NCBI GenBank assembly: GCA_951406725.2
Contig: OX597831.1
Location: 40,982,001-41,046,000, forward strand
From: Octopus vulgaris
Taxonomy: Eukaryota
Direction of reading: 5' to 3'
DNA: 64,000 nt
Positions 13,416-25,525 of this stretch are shown in pieces. The notes under the pieces were generated by a model. It was given only the letters and a program-made list of their open reading frames with translations, did no database searches and was not told the DNA's origin. A program made the translations under genes and the position numbers. Each line of letters starts with the position of its first letter. Position 1 is the stretch's first letter.

Positions 13416-13934
13416 CAAGCATACATATATATATATAAATGTATATATAATATGTATATATAACATGTATATATAACATGTATATATATATATATAGATG
13501 TATATATAATATGTACATACATATATATATGTATATATGTATATGTATATGTATATATGTATATGTATATGTATATATGTACATATGTATATATGTATAT
13601 ATGTATATATATGTACATACATATATATATATAAAGTGAACGCAAGAATTATGTTTATACATGTAATACATAAGTAAGATTCAGTTGATTTAGGTACTGG
13701 AATAATAGCGGAATCACTGTAAATGGTTTTCCTGGGTTTTTTTTTAAAACTATGTTAAATAATTTTGAATGTTCTTTATTTGGAAGTTCATGAATTCATC
13801 TAACGAAATAATGCAATGTTTTCATTAATCAATTTTAAAAAGTCGTTATAAACGGCCGTAATGGATTGGCACCTGTACCTCCACTGTTACTCATTTATAT
13901 TGTATATACACACACACACACGTATATATAGATA

Positions 13935-13973
<39 letters not shown>

Positions 13974-13974
13974 C

Positions 13975-14165
13975 AATTGCCATGCTTGATCGCTAGTTCT
14001 ACAATTTTTTTTCTTTTTCTCTGTTTATTTTCGCTTATTCCTTTCTGTTGAAGAGCGTAGGCTCGAAACGTGAAAGACTTTTTCATTTTCCCGAGCGTCA
14101 AACTAATATTCTTGTTTGTTGTTCATACACTTGTCTTCGTCTTTTGCTTTTCTATAAATTTCCTC
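13975..14165 (+). mobile_element. solo Penelope-like 3' end (pLTR) with degenerate hammerhead motif
   Basis: Homologous to 61990-62183, the 3' end of the PLE at 60146. Contains CTGTTGA-A-GAGC-GTAG-GCTC-GAAACGTG. Confidence 0.75.
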
Positions 14166-14173
14166 TTTCTCTC

Positions 14174-14252
<79 letters not shown>

Positions 14253-14630
14253 CTTTTTTACTCTTTTACTTGTTTCAGTCATTCGACTGTGGCCATGCTG
14301 GAGCACCGCCTTTAGCCGAGCAAATCGCCCCCAGAACTTATTCTATCGGTCTCTTTTGTCGAACCGCTAAGTTACGGGGGCGTAAATACACCACCATCGG
14401 TTGTCAAGCGATGTTGGGGGGACAAACACAGACACACAAACATATACACACACATACATATATACGTATATACGACGGGCTTCTTTCAGTTTGCGTCTAC
14501 CAAATCCACTCACAAGGCTTTGGTCGGCCCGAGGCTATTGTAAAAGACACTTGCCCAAGGTGCCACGTAGTAGGACTGAACCCGGAATCATGTTTTTCGT
14601 TAGCAAGCTATTTACCACACAGCCATTTCT
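14253..14630 (-). mobile_element. SINE family A
   Basis: Colinear with family A. Confidence 0.9.
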
Positions 14631-14665
14631 ACGTCTATCTATCATTCTATCTATCTATCTCTCTG

Positions 14666-14729
<64 letters not shown>

Positions 14730-14807
14730 TGAATTTTTGCTTAATTTACTCGACAGTTTGTTCCCCGCACCCCCCTCTCTCTCTTCATATATATATATAT
14801 ATACATA

Positions 14808-15018
14808 TACTCTTTTACTTGTTTCCGTCATTTGACTGCGACCATGCTGGAGCACCGCCTCTAGTCGAACAAATCGACCCCGGGACTTATTCTTTGTAAG
14901 CCCAGTACTTATTCTATCGGTCTCTTTTTGCCGAACCGCTAAGTGACGGGGACGTAAACACACCAGCATCGGTTGTCAAGCAATGCTAGAGGGACAAACA
15001 CAGACACACAAACACACA

Positions 15019-15025
<7 letters not shown>
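14808..15025 (-). mobile_element. SINE family A, 3' half
   Basis: Tail to internal microsatellite only; part of an inverted duplication with about 16745-17040. Confidence 0.85.
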
Positions 15026-15062
<37 letters not shown>

Positions 15063-15120
15063 CATGTGTCTATCTATATATGTATGCATGTGTGTGTATA
15101 TGTATGTATGTGTGTGTGTG

Positions 15121-15154
<34 letters not shown>

Positions 15155-15208
15155 TGTATATGTATATGTACACCACATACATGCTATATACACACGCATA
15201 CATGTAGA

Positions 15209-15241
<33 letters not shown>

Positions 15242-15574
15242 GTGTGTGCGTGTGTGTGTGTGAAGGTGCATGGTTTGATGGTTACAGTGATGTACTCACG
15301 ATCGCAAACATGCAGTTTCGATTCCTCAACCGAACACTGCGTTGTGTTTTTTTTTGACGCTGCTCCAGTCTGGTTAGCTGTAAATGGGTAAAACCGTGAC
15401 GTACTAACGTTCAGTATTGTTATCTCCAATCATTTATACCCGATGGATCCGGGTAAATAGCTTCTATGAGTCTTAAGACTCGAGACAGTCACGTCTAGGT
15501 GACCAACTTACACACATACACACACATGCACACACATACACACACATGCGCACGCACACACACGCACACACATA

Positions 15575-15700
15575 TCACACGTGACTACGTAACCGATCAG
15601 GTTATCAGATGTTGTCACACATTGCTGGTTACAATGCGCTATTGTATTGCTTTGGCCGTCAAATGACACCACTCTGCTGGGTAGATGTGCAGGCCAAATG
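15575..15700 (-). mobile_element. SINE family B2 tail fragment (diverged)
   Basis: ccgatcaggttatcagatgttgtcacacattgctggttacaatgcgct matches the B2 tail. Confidence 0.65.
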
Positions 15701-15781
15701 TGTGTGTGTGTGTATGTGTGTGTGTATGTGTGTGTGTGTGTGTGCGTGTGAGTATAAGTATATATACACACATACAAACAT

Positions 15782-15812
<31 letters not shown>

Positions 15813-15956
15813 CTATATATTTAGTTCCAGCTCAGAGCTGCGGCCATGCTGATGCACCTCCGTTTTGTGCTATACTGTTACTACTAAGAGCCTCCTCGAA
15901 TATGTGGCACTTGGCGAAGAATGGAGTTTGATATAGCTACCCTCATTTTCACCTCT

Positions 15957-15997
<41 letters not shown>

Positions 15998-16041
15998 TAT
16001 GAAGCGTTGTATAGAATATACTGTATAAAGGATAGTGTGTA

Positions 16042-16294
16042 CGGCCAGAACAAAGCGAAGTAAACGCAAGGCAAATCACTAAAAAACAAATATATGAATT
16101 AATGTAGACTTACCTTGCATTCAATATTTCGGGGTTATGACACCATCTTCAAGAAATTAACGAATGCAACATTCGTTAATTCCTTGAGGATCGTGTCATA
16201 ACCCCGAAATATTGAATGCAAGGTAAGTCTACATTAATTCATATATTTGTTTTTTAGTGATTTGCCTTGCGTTTGCTTCGCATTGTTCTGGCCG
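16042..16294. repeat. long near-perfect palindrome (~125-bp arms, 3-nt loop) with a hammerhead-like motif in each arm
   Basis: cggccagaaca...ttaacgaatg-caa-cattcgttaa...tgttctggccg. Motif TTGAGGA...GAAATATT. Confidence 0.9.
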
Positions 16295-16304
16295 GCCACT
16301 GCTA

Positions 16305-16532
16305 TTTATAGAGCGCTAAACACTTTCGGTATGCAAATTAGGTACTCCTTTATAGAGTAACTGCTGCATTTGTTGACTATATATGAGAAGTTTGTCTAAT
16401 TGTTTCTCTGGAGGCTGTCAGAATGATGTAAAAACCAATGACGAAAACCCAATAAGTTCCAAAAATCGATTAAGGTCGTTCATAATTTTTTTTTTTCGGT
16501 CTGCATAGAAATGGTTAAAATTTGCCCTATTT
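16305..16532 (+). mobile_element. copy of the ribozyme-bearing module found at 25015-25525 (degenerate)
   Basis: Reverse-complement match to 25298-25525 (ggtatgcaaattagg.actcc...ctgc..agaaatgg.taaaatttgccc). Confidence 0.75.
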
Positions 16533-16545
16533 ATATGTTATATAT

Positions 16546-16708
16546 GCATGGAGAGGCTTTGTGGTAAGTAGCTTGCTAACCAACCACATGGTTCCGGGTT
16601 CAGTCCCACTGCGTGGCATCTTGGGCAAGTGTCTTCTGCTATAGCCCCGGGCCGACCAATGCCTTGTGAGTGGATTTGGTAGACGGAAACTGAAAGAAGT
16701 CTGTCGTA

Positions 16709-16756
<48 letters not shown>

Positions 16757-16965
16757 TGTGTGTTTGTGTGTCTGTGTTTGTCCCTCTAGCATTGCTTGAC
16801 AACCGATGCTGGTGTGTTTACGTCCCCGTCACTTAGCGGTTCGGCAAAAAGAGACCGATAGAATAAGTACTGGGCTTACAAAGAATAAGTCCGGGGTCGA
16901 TTTGCTCGACTAGAGGCGGTGCTCCAGCATGGCCGCAGTCAAATAACTGAAACAAGTAAAAGAGT
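16546..16965 (+). mobile_element. SINE family A, full length
   Basis: Head-to-tail on the plus strand. Confidence 0.9.
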
Positions 16966-17241
16966 ATATGTATATATATATATATGAAGAGAGAGAGAGG
17001 TGGGGTGCGGGGAACAAACTGTCGAGTAAATCTCGCAAAAATGAAAATAACACTGATATCTCATTTTAAAGGATATATTTACCAAGATTACGTAAAATTA
17101 TCTTGAAATACTAAAGAGTAAACTTGTTTTATAAAGTCGTCATTCGCTTCAACCATGGCCTTCAGGATTGCCACGCTATGTTGGCATATAGACATTACTA
17201 TCCGGTACTGTTACTGTATTTCTCTCGCTCAGATTTGAAAC

Positions 17242-17280
<39 letters not shown>

Positions 17281-17284
17281 TATG

Positions 17285-17325
<41 letters not shown>

Positions 17326-17447
17326 ACATGTATATATATATGTGTGTATACATATATATGTGTATATATATATGTATATATATATATATGTATATATATA
17401 TATACACACATATATATATATATGTATGTATGTATGTATGCATGTAT

Positions 17448-17478
<31 letters not shown>

Positions 17479-17510
17479 CATGTGTATATATATGTGTGTA
17501 TATATATACG

Positions 17511-17587
<77 letters not shown>

Positions 17588-17593
<6 letters not shown>

Positions 17594-17808
17594 GAATCGT
17601 TAGCACGCCGGTCGGAATGCCTAGCGATATTTCGGCTGCCGTTACGTTCTGACTTTAAATTCCGCCGAGGTCGACTTCGCCTTTCATCCCTTCGGGGTCG
17701 ATTAAATAAGTACCAGTTAGGCACTGGGGTCGATGTGATCGACTTAATCGCTTTGCCTGTCCTTGTTTGTCCCCTCTATGTTTATCCTCCTGTGGGCAAT
17801 AAAGAAAT
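17588..17808 (+). mobile_element. SINE family C (Meta-domain-like)
   Basis: GGCAGAATCGTTAGCACG head, GCCTTTCATCCCTTCGGGGTCGATTAAATAAGTACCAG domain, tail TTTGTCCCCTCTATGTT...AATAAAGAAA. Confidence 0.8.
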
Positions 17809-17833
17809 ATATATATATATATATATATATATA

Positions 17834-18469
17834 CACGTTGACTGATCAATAAGTATCCGGACTGTTGCCATAGTAACGAAACTAAAGTACACAGATTAAA
17901 ACCGCTTGACAAACATTCTAGGAGACTCGCAACCAACGGAACTGAGAAAAACATCGCAGATGTGCATACAGCTGCGAGGGAAAATGGTTCGAATCTCCAT
18001 CCGTGAGATATGAGAGGCTGTGCAGATTAATTACGATTCAGTTCAGTCCATTATCACTGAAGATTTGGATATGAGACGCGTGTCTGCTAAGTTTGAGCCA
18101 AAACTACTTCAGCTGACCAGAGAGACACTCGGATTTCAGTTGCACAAAATCTCGTTGATTGTGTCGAGGACGGTGAAAACTGCTTGAAAACTTTGCGCAG
18201 GCCTCTGAGCTGGTACCTCCAAGCTTTTGGCAAAATTTGATGCAGAATCTCAGCTCAACTTTATCTGTCATGATCAATGCGACGATCACACGCTACACAC
18301 TTTCCTTTCAAGCACTGCTGTAAACAACGGAAGTGAGCTAGAACGTTGAACTTTAGTGCGCATGCACAGCAAAGCTGAAGGTCGATCTTTGCCAAGTGGC
18401 TTCACTCTTCATACTTTAGCTTCGGTGCTATGGCAGGAGTCCGGATACTTATTGATTAGATCATGCGTG
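17834..18469. mobile_element. mariner/Tc1-family deletion derivative
   Basis: TIRs CACG..GATCAATAAGTATCCGGACT / AGTCCGGATACTTATTGAT..CGTG with TA on both sides. Transposase remnants on opposite strands: SVQSIITEDLDMRRVSAKF (+) and ELRFCIKFCQKLG (-). Confidence 0.85.
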
Positions 18470-19968
18470 TATATATCTCCCTATACCTCGACCGCATCCT
18501 GTCCCCCTTAGTCGCAGCCCTCCCATCCCACATACACGACACCAACCACGCCCTCCGTCTCTTCAATTCCTTTTCCTTCCCTTCCAGCCCCTCACACCTC
18601 CTCTTCACCTTAGATGTAAAATCCCTGTACACAGTGATTCCCCACAATGACGGTCTCCTAGCCCTCCAACACTTCCTCGACCGTCGTCCCGACCCCACCC
18701 CCAGCACCCCCACCCTTCTCCGTTTGGCTGAGCTCGTCCTCACCCTCAATTGCTTCACGTTCGCCGGGGAAACGTACCAACAGGTGTCCGGGGTCGCGAT
18801 GGGAACTAGGATGGGCCCCAATTTCGCCAATCTCTTTCTTGGCTACATTGAGGCCCAAGTGTTCTCCCAGTTCTCTGGGCCGACCCCCGAACTATACGGT
18901 CGCTATATCGACGACTGTGTAGGTGCCACCTCCCTTTCCCGGGAACTTCTCGGCCAATTCATCTCTTTCCTTTCCAACTTTCACCCCTCTCTTCAATTCA
19001 CCTCCACCATCTCCAACACCTCTGTCAACTTCCTTGACATCTCTCTCCGCATCGATCACCCCTCCAGCTCTCTCACCACCACCGCCTTCTTTAAACCTAC
19101 GGATTCCCACCTCTATCTCAACTTCTCTTCCTCCCACCCCTTCCACACCAAACGAGCCATCCCCTACTCCCAGTTCCTCCGCCTCCGACGTTTGTGCAGC
19201 CGCGACCAGGATTTCGAGACCCAATCTCAATACCTGGCCCGCATGTTCAGACTCCGAGGTTACCCACCCACACTCCTCTCTGATGCCCTCACCCGCGCCC
19301 GTCGCATCGACCGCACTACCGCCTTGTCTCCTTCCCCCCGCCCACCCCCCAACCGCACCCCCTTCCCCCTCCTTTTCCACCCCTCTACCCTACCCCTTCG
19401 TCGCAAGATACTACGTGCCTTCCGTCGCCTCCAGCTTGATCCCACCACCCGCCCCATTTTCCCTAACCCACCCCTGTCCTCTTTCAAACGAGCCCGCAAT
19501 CTGCGTGACCTCCTGGTCCACAGCACCCTCTCCCCTTCCCCCTCAGCCCCACACGGATCATTCCCTTGCTCTAGATCCCGCTGCAACACTTGCCCCTTCA
19601 TCACCAACACCACCGCTGTCACCGGCTCCAACCTGCATACTGTACGCATTAGGCACTCTTTTACGTGCACCTCGTCTGGCCTTATTTACTGCATTAAATG
19701 CAACCTATGCGGGATGCTGTATGTAGGTCAGACGGGACGCCGGTTGTCCGACCGTTTCACTGAACACTTGAGGGACGTTCGCCTACACTCTTTTTCTCCC
19801 GTCGCACGCCACTTCCGCTCGGCCGGCCATTCCCGAGATGACATCTCAGTGTTTGGTCTCGCCCCCCACAATGGTCGCCCACTTTCCAGGCTCCACTTGG
19901 AGCAACGCTACATCTTCACCCTACAAACTACCACCCCACACGGACTTAACACAGCCCCCTCCTCTTGA
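18463..19968 (+). CDS. Penelope-like element RT + GIY-YIG endonuclease (5'-truncated, uninterrupted frame)
   Basis: RT motifs TLDVKSLYTVIPH, GVAMGTRMGPNFANLF, RYIDD, FLD; Cys linker CSRSRCNTC; GIY-YIG GLIYCIKCNLCGMLYVGQTGRRLSDRFTEH...EQRYIFTLQT...GLN. The ATG comes from the mariner TIR, so it is not the native start. Confidence 0.92.
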   Translation: MRVYISLYLDRILSPLVAALPSHIHDTNHALRLFNSFSFPSSPSHLLFTLDVKSLYTVIPHNDGLLALQHFLDRRPDPTPSTPTLLRLAELVLTLNCFTFAGETYQQVSGVAMGTRMGPNFANLFLGYIEAQVFSQFSGPTPELYGRYIDDCVGATSLSRELLGQFISFLSNFHPSLQFTSTISNTSVNFLDISLRIDHPSSSLTTTAFFKPTDSHLYLNFSSSHPFHTKRAIPYSQFLRLRRLCSRDQDFETQSQYLARMFRLRGYPPTLLSDALTRARRIDRTTALSPSPRPPPNRTPFPLLFHPSTLPLRRKILRAFRRLQLDPTTRPIFPNPPLSSFKRARNLRDLLVHSTLSPSPSAPHGSFPCSRSRCNTCPFITNTTAVTGSNLHTVRIRHSFTCTSSGLIYCIKCNLCGMLYVGQTGRRLSDRFTEHLRDVRLHSFSPVARHFRSAGHSRDDISVFGLAPHNGRPLSRLHLEQRYIFTLQTTTPHGLNTAPSS

Positions 19969-22962
19969 GACCGTTTTTTTTTTTTTTTTTTTTTTTTTTT
20001 CCGGACACACCACCCACACAAACCCACCCACCTACCTCCCACCCACCTACCTACCTCCCACACGCCTGTTCACACACACACATACGTAGACCCATCTACG
20101 TACATACATTCACACATTTAATCACACACACTTACAGACACACATGCACATACACACACACATACATACACACACGCATACATACTTACACACACACACA
20201 CACACAGACATACATACACACATACACACACACATACATACGCACATACATACACACACACTCACACACACACACCGCACGTACATACCTCACACACACA
20301 CACATGCACACATACATGTAGGCACATACATACATACATACCCACACATGCACACCCGTACACTGAATGCACACACACATACACCTTTTTGCATCCAGGC
20401 AGCCCCCCTCTTTTCTGCTTTCCGGTTTTGGCTGATGGATCCTCGGTTCCCGCGTAGCGGGGCGTTCGAGGGCCTTTGCGCTCGCGCGCCTTGGCGCGCG
20501 CTGGGGGCTCGGTCGGCCCCTTTGGGCTTGCGTTGCACTGCTTGTGCGTTGTGTGCGTGAGCGCGCTTCGTGTGTGTGGGCTTGCTTCGGATGTGCGCTT
20601 GCGTATGTTTGCATACATACCCACACACTCGCATGCATCCCTACCCACATACATACACGCACACCTACTCACACACACACATACACACACACACACATAC
20701 CCGCACACACACACACACACAGACATACACCCATTCAGACATACACACACACAGACATACACCCATACACCCACACTCACACGCATACACATACACACGC
20801 ACACGTACACATACACACACACATACACCCACATACATACATTACACTTGTATACGCACACACTTACATTCATACACACACACACCTACACAGCTATACC
20901 CTCACTCAGACACACACATCTACCTACACACACACAAACACACACTGACACACACCCATACATAGATACATCTACACACTCACGCCTACACACATACATA
21001 CACACATACATAAACACACACACATACACATACACACACATACGCACACACGCATATACTTATACACATGCACACACACACACATACATACACCCATATA
21101 CATACACACACACATACCTACATACTCCTATACGCACATACATACACACAGACATACACACATACACACTCACACAAACATACACACACACATACTTACA
21201 CACACACTCGCCTGCACGCGCACACACATGCATGACAAACACTCATACACTCACAATCACATACGCACACACCAACATAAACACGCACACGCACACACAC
21301 ACCTACACTCCCACACACATACACACGCACCTACATACACACACGCACGCATACACACGCATACACACATACATTACACACGTACACACACACCTACATA
21401 CACATGCACACACACACACACACAAACATGCACGGACACACCCAGACATACATACATACACCTATATACACACGCCTACACACCTACATACACACACATA
21501 TACACACGCCCACACAGCTACATACACACACATACATACACACATACACGGACACACCCATACATACTTACATACATACACCTATACACACACGCCTACA
21601 CACCTACACACACACATGCACACACACACACATGTACGCACATACACACACATATACGCACACACATATATACCCACACACATGCACACACACACACATA
21701 CGCACATACATGCACGCATGCACACGCGCACACCTACACGCATACACACACACACACGCACGTACACATACATACATACACACACGCATACATACACCCA
21801 TACACATACATGCATCCTACACACACATACATACACACTCACACATACATACACACACACGCACTCACTCACACACCTGTATGTTCGCGCACACACATGC
21901 ACATACACACACTTCCCCACACGCACACGTACATACATACACACTCATACACACATACACACACACACACACACACGGACATACATATATGCACACACAT
22001 ATATACACACATACTCACATACATTCATCGGACACACTGCCACCCAGACATACACACAGACACACTCACACATCCACACGCACACATACGTACGCGCACA
22101 CTCGCAGGCTCGCGCACACACGCGTTTGCGCCGGTTCGCGCACGCATGCGCCCGCATGCACCTCGCCCTTGGACCCGACGAGACCTCCCGCCCGTTCCTG
22201 GGATGTCGCTTGTCGTTGGGTTTTCCCACGCCCGTCTCCGCGGGACCACTCTTCCATCTTCCCCTCCGCTGGAGTCCTTTTCCTAAACCCCCCTTTTTTT
22301 TCGTTACACACACGCGCACACATATACACACATTGCTTAAACATATACATCACTCTTACACACATTCAATCTACTCGCCACTAATACTACCACGACACTG
22401 GACACACACACACACTACTACTCAACACACGCTGGCACGCTACATACGCCCCCACCCCTTCCCCTCCCTCCCTTCCTCCTTCCTCCCTTTTCTCACTACT
22501 GACCTTTGTCTGCTATGCTGCTGCTATGCTGACCACCGTCTCGCCCTACCTCACACGCCTACACACAGACGCACACACTAACACATACATATATTTTTTG
22601 TTTTTTTTTTACCTCGCCTCACACACACACATACGCACACGCACACACTCACACATACACACACATCTGTTGCGTTACCAACCTTGTCTCCACTCTTTTG
22701 CCTTTAAAAACCCACTTTGCTCTTGTTATCGTAAACATCCGCCTTTCACCATGTGCTACTGCTAACACCAGCCGTTTTTTTCTCTATCTCCGTTGCCCGC
22801 TCCGGGATCTTTCTTTCCTCTCTCTTCCTTCTTTATGTTTCCGACGAAGAGCTCCGCTCGAAACGTCATACCTCCCTGCTTCCATTTCCTGAGCGCCTAT
22901 TAATAATAATACTGTAATTGTTCCCTTGTTGTTGTTTTTTTGTTTCCCGTTTGGATTAAAAT
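18472..22962 (+). mobile_element. Penelope-like retroelement (Neptune-type architecture) with long CA-rich 3' region and terminal hammerhead
   Basis: ORF, ~2.6 kb cryptic (CA) repeat, then hammerhead motif at 22837-22871 and an end in (TA)n. Same layout as 60146-62183. Confidence 0.8.
22837..22871 (+). ncRNA. minimal hammerhead ribozyme motif (PLE pLTR)
   Basis: GTTT-CCGACGA-A-GAGC-tcc-GCTC-GAAA-CG-TC-ATAC: U4C core variant with palindromic ACGT stem III, typical of dimeric PLE hammerheads. Confidence 0.7.
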
Positions 22963-23223
22963 TATATATATATATATATATATATAGTAAAAATAATAAT
23001 AATCCATGGATGGAACTTATAAATATTTTAATACATTGCTACACACGTTTCCACAAGTCATAATCTGTATTCGTTCATTATATATTTATCCAGATTGTAT
23101 CGGCACAACTCTGTGTGACCTCAAAAACTGGTATGGCCAGTTGGCATCATTATGTAGCTGGCATAATAAAATGAGAGCTTTTGTATGCATATTCATAATG
23201 TTTCCTGTCAACGAACTTAAAGG

Positions 23224-23278
<55 letters not shown>

Positions 23279-23296
23279 CATACATACATACATACA

Positions 23297-23332
<36 letters not shown>

Positions 23333-23355
23333 TATGTGTGTGTTTATGTATATAA

Positions 23356-23417
<62 letters not shown>

Positions 23418-23548
23418 ACTTTATTTAAAAGCAGCAGAAATATAGCTTTTGTTATATTTCTGCTGCTTTTAAATAAAGCATATTACTCTACCTCTGGTAT
23501 TTGAGTACTCTTTTTTTTCACCTTGTCTCACATTTATGTGCTTACTCC

Positions 23549-23585
<37 letters not shown>

Positions 23586-23728
23586 TGTTTTACTCTTTTA
23601 CTTGTTTCAATCATTTGACAGCGGCCATGCTGGAGCACCGCCTTTAGTCGAGCAAATCGTTCCCAGGACTTATTCTTTGTAAGCCTAGTACTTATTCTAT
23701 CGGCCTCTTTTGCCGAACCGCTAAGTTA
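23586..23728 (-). mobile_element. SINE family A tail fragment
   Basis: Matches the family A 3' portion. Confidence 0.85.
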
Positions 23729-23744
23729 GAACATTTATAAACAG

Positions 23745-23792
23745 GTCTTACAACTGTTTCCAGGATATTTATTATACCCCTTCATCGGAGAC
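23745..23792 (-). ncRNA. type I hammerhead ribozyme motif
   Basis: Minus strand GTCT-CCGATGA-AGGGGTAT-aataa-ATATCCTG-GAAAC-AGTT-GTA-AGAC; stem I GTCT/AGAC, GUA triplet. Confidence 0.7.
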
Positions 23793-24000
23793 GGGGCGGG
23801 AAAATGGTTAAGCAATAGTTAATTTAGATAAGATACAAAATAGAGAGTGAAGTGGAGGAATGAAAGCTGACACCATTACCTCTCATAACCTCCTATATAT
23901 GTATATAATATATATACCGTTTGGAAAATCAGCATATGATTTAAATGGTCTTTCTTATATGATTGACAGGGAAAGTTGAGTTTAACTCTAGGCGTTAAAA

Positions 24001-24053
24001 GCCGCTGATGAGAATTAAGGTTTCGACACTAAGATTTGAAATCGCGATCCGGC
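24001..24053 (+). ncRNA. type I hammerhead ribozyme, canonical core
   Basis: GCCG-CTGATGA-GAATT...GATTT-GAAAT-CGCG-ATC-CGGC; stem I GCCG/CGGC, palindromic stem/loop III, AUC triplet. Confidence 0.8.
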
Positions 24054-24224
24054 GTCATACGATAGGAACTTTCTTCCCTTTGTCAATCATTGAGTTAGTG
24101 ATTTATGGCTTTGGGGCTAATTTAACTCTTATTTTAGCATAAACGGTGCTGGCCAACACCCTCCATCACTTTTATGATCTCTTAATTTTGCATTTAATTG
24201 CTAATAAACCACCCCTTTCATTAG

Positions 24225-24291
<67 letters not shown>

Positions 24292-24368
24292 ATTAGGGAA
24301 TAAATAAAAAATTACAGGGAAAAATCAGATATAGGATTGAATCCAATTTTATAGTAAAATATTATATT

Positions 24369-24615
24369 ATATTAAATTAGAGATAAAACCACTATTAGGC
24401 AAATCATACAATGAAAAACTTAAGCCAATACATAAGATTAATTAATTTATATTATTTTAAATATATCAAAATTATCAAAAAAAGATAATTAGTATACTAA
24501 TTATCTTTTTTTAATAATTTTGATATATATTTAAAATAATATAAATTAATTAATCTTATGTATTGGCTTAAGTTTTTCATTGTATGATTTGCCTAATAGT
24601 GGTTTTATCTCTAAT

Positions 24616-24622
<7 letters not shown>
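24369..24622. repeat. near-perfect AT-rich palindrome (~125-bp arms) in a module between (TA)n tracts
   Basis: Centre AGTATACT (24491-24498). The arm is homologous to 52140-52205, which adjoins the hammerhead at 52238-52283. Confidence 0.9.
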
Positions 24623-24658
<36 letters not shown>

Positions 24659-25014
24659 AAATGTGGGGGTTTAGTTCATAGGTGATCTAAACGACTAGGT
24701 ACGCTAGGTTAATGTGCTGTAATGGATTACTAGGGCTCCAAGATTATTGCCAATCCCTAACTTCCTCCCTCAGTCTCTCTACTTCTCTTTTTATTTGTGT
24801 ATTTTTCTTTCTTTTTACCACTTAATAGCCACCTCTGCTACCATTCTTATTATTGAACGTTGATATGTTTGCGTCTATTTCTGGACATTTGCACTATGAG
24901 GACTTTAACCTACATGGATTTACGCAGCATTGTACCTAAGGACTTACTGACTTACTTCTACATGATTGGAAAGTTGAACTGTGAACTCTTATACTATTTT
25001 TTCTTCTCTTCCTT

Positions 25015-25525
25015 TATAAACGGCAAATTTTAGCCATTTCTCCGCAGACTGAAAAAAAAAAAATGATAAACAATCTTAATCGATTTTCGAACCTTATTGG
25101 ATTCTCATCAGAAGCGTTCACATCATTCTGACAGTCTCCAGAGAAACAAGCAACCAAACTGTTTATATACTCAACAAATGCAGCAGTTACTCTATGAATC
25201 GGGTCCCTAATTTGATTACCAGCGGCCTGTCAATGGGGATCTTAGTCTACACAGTATCAAGGTATGATACAATAAATACATAACATATGGTATAATTATT
25301 AACAGGGCAAATTTTAGCCATTTCTCCGCAGACTGAAAAAAAAAATATATAAACGTCCTTAATCTAGTTTCGAAACTTATTTTCATCAGAGGTGTCCACA
25401 TCATTGTGGCAGTCTCAAGAGAGGTAGGCGTCCAAACTGTTTATATACTCAACAAGTGCAGCAGGTGCTCTATGAAGGAGTCCCTAATTTGCATACTGAA
25501 AGTGTTTAATACTCTATAAATACCG
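25015..25525 (-). mobile_element. tandem dimer (~284-bp period) of a non-coding hammerhead-bearing module (retrozyme/pLTR-like)
   Basis: ggcaaattttagccatttctccgcagactg occurs at 25022 and 25306. Minus-strand motifs CTGATGA-GAATC-caataa-GGTTC-GAAAATCGATTA (25074-25114) and CCT-CTGATGA-AAATAAGTTTC-GAAACTAGATTA-AGG (25357-25392). Confidence 0.7.

Noticed and set aside
18463-19968. Telomerase, retron or group II intron RT
   Set aside because: The C-terminal GIY-YIG domain with a Cys linker and the downstream hammerhead identify it as Penelope-like.
20476-22581. 701-aa His/Thr-rich ORF
   Set aside because: Translation of a CA-rich low-complexity tract that lacks stop codons by composition; it lies in the PLE 3' region.
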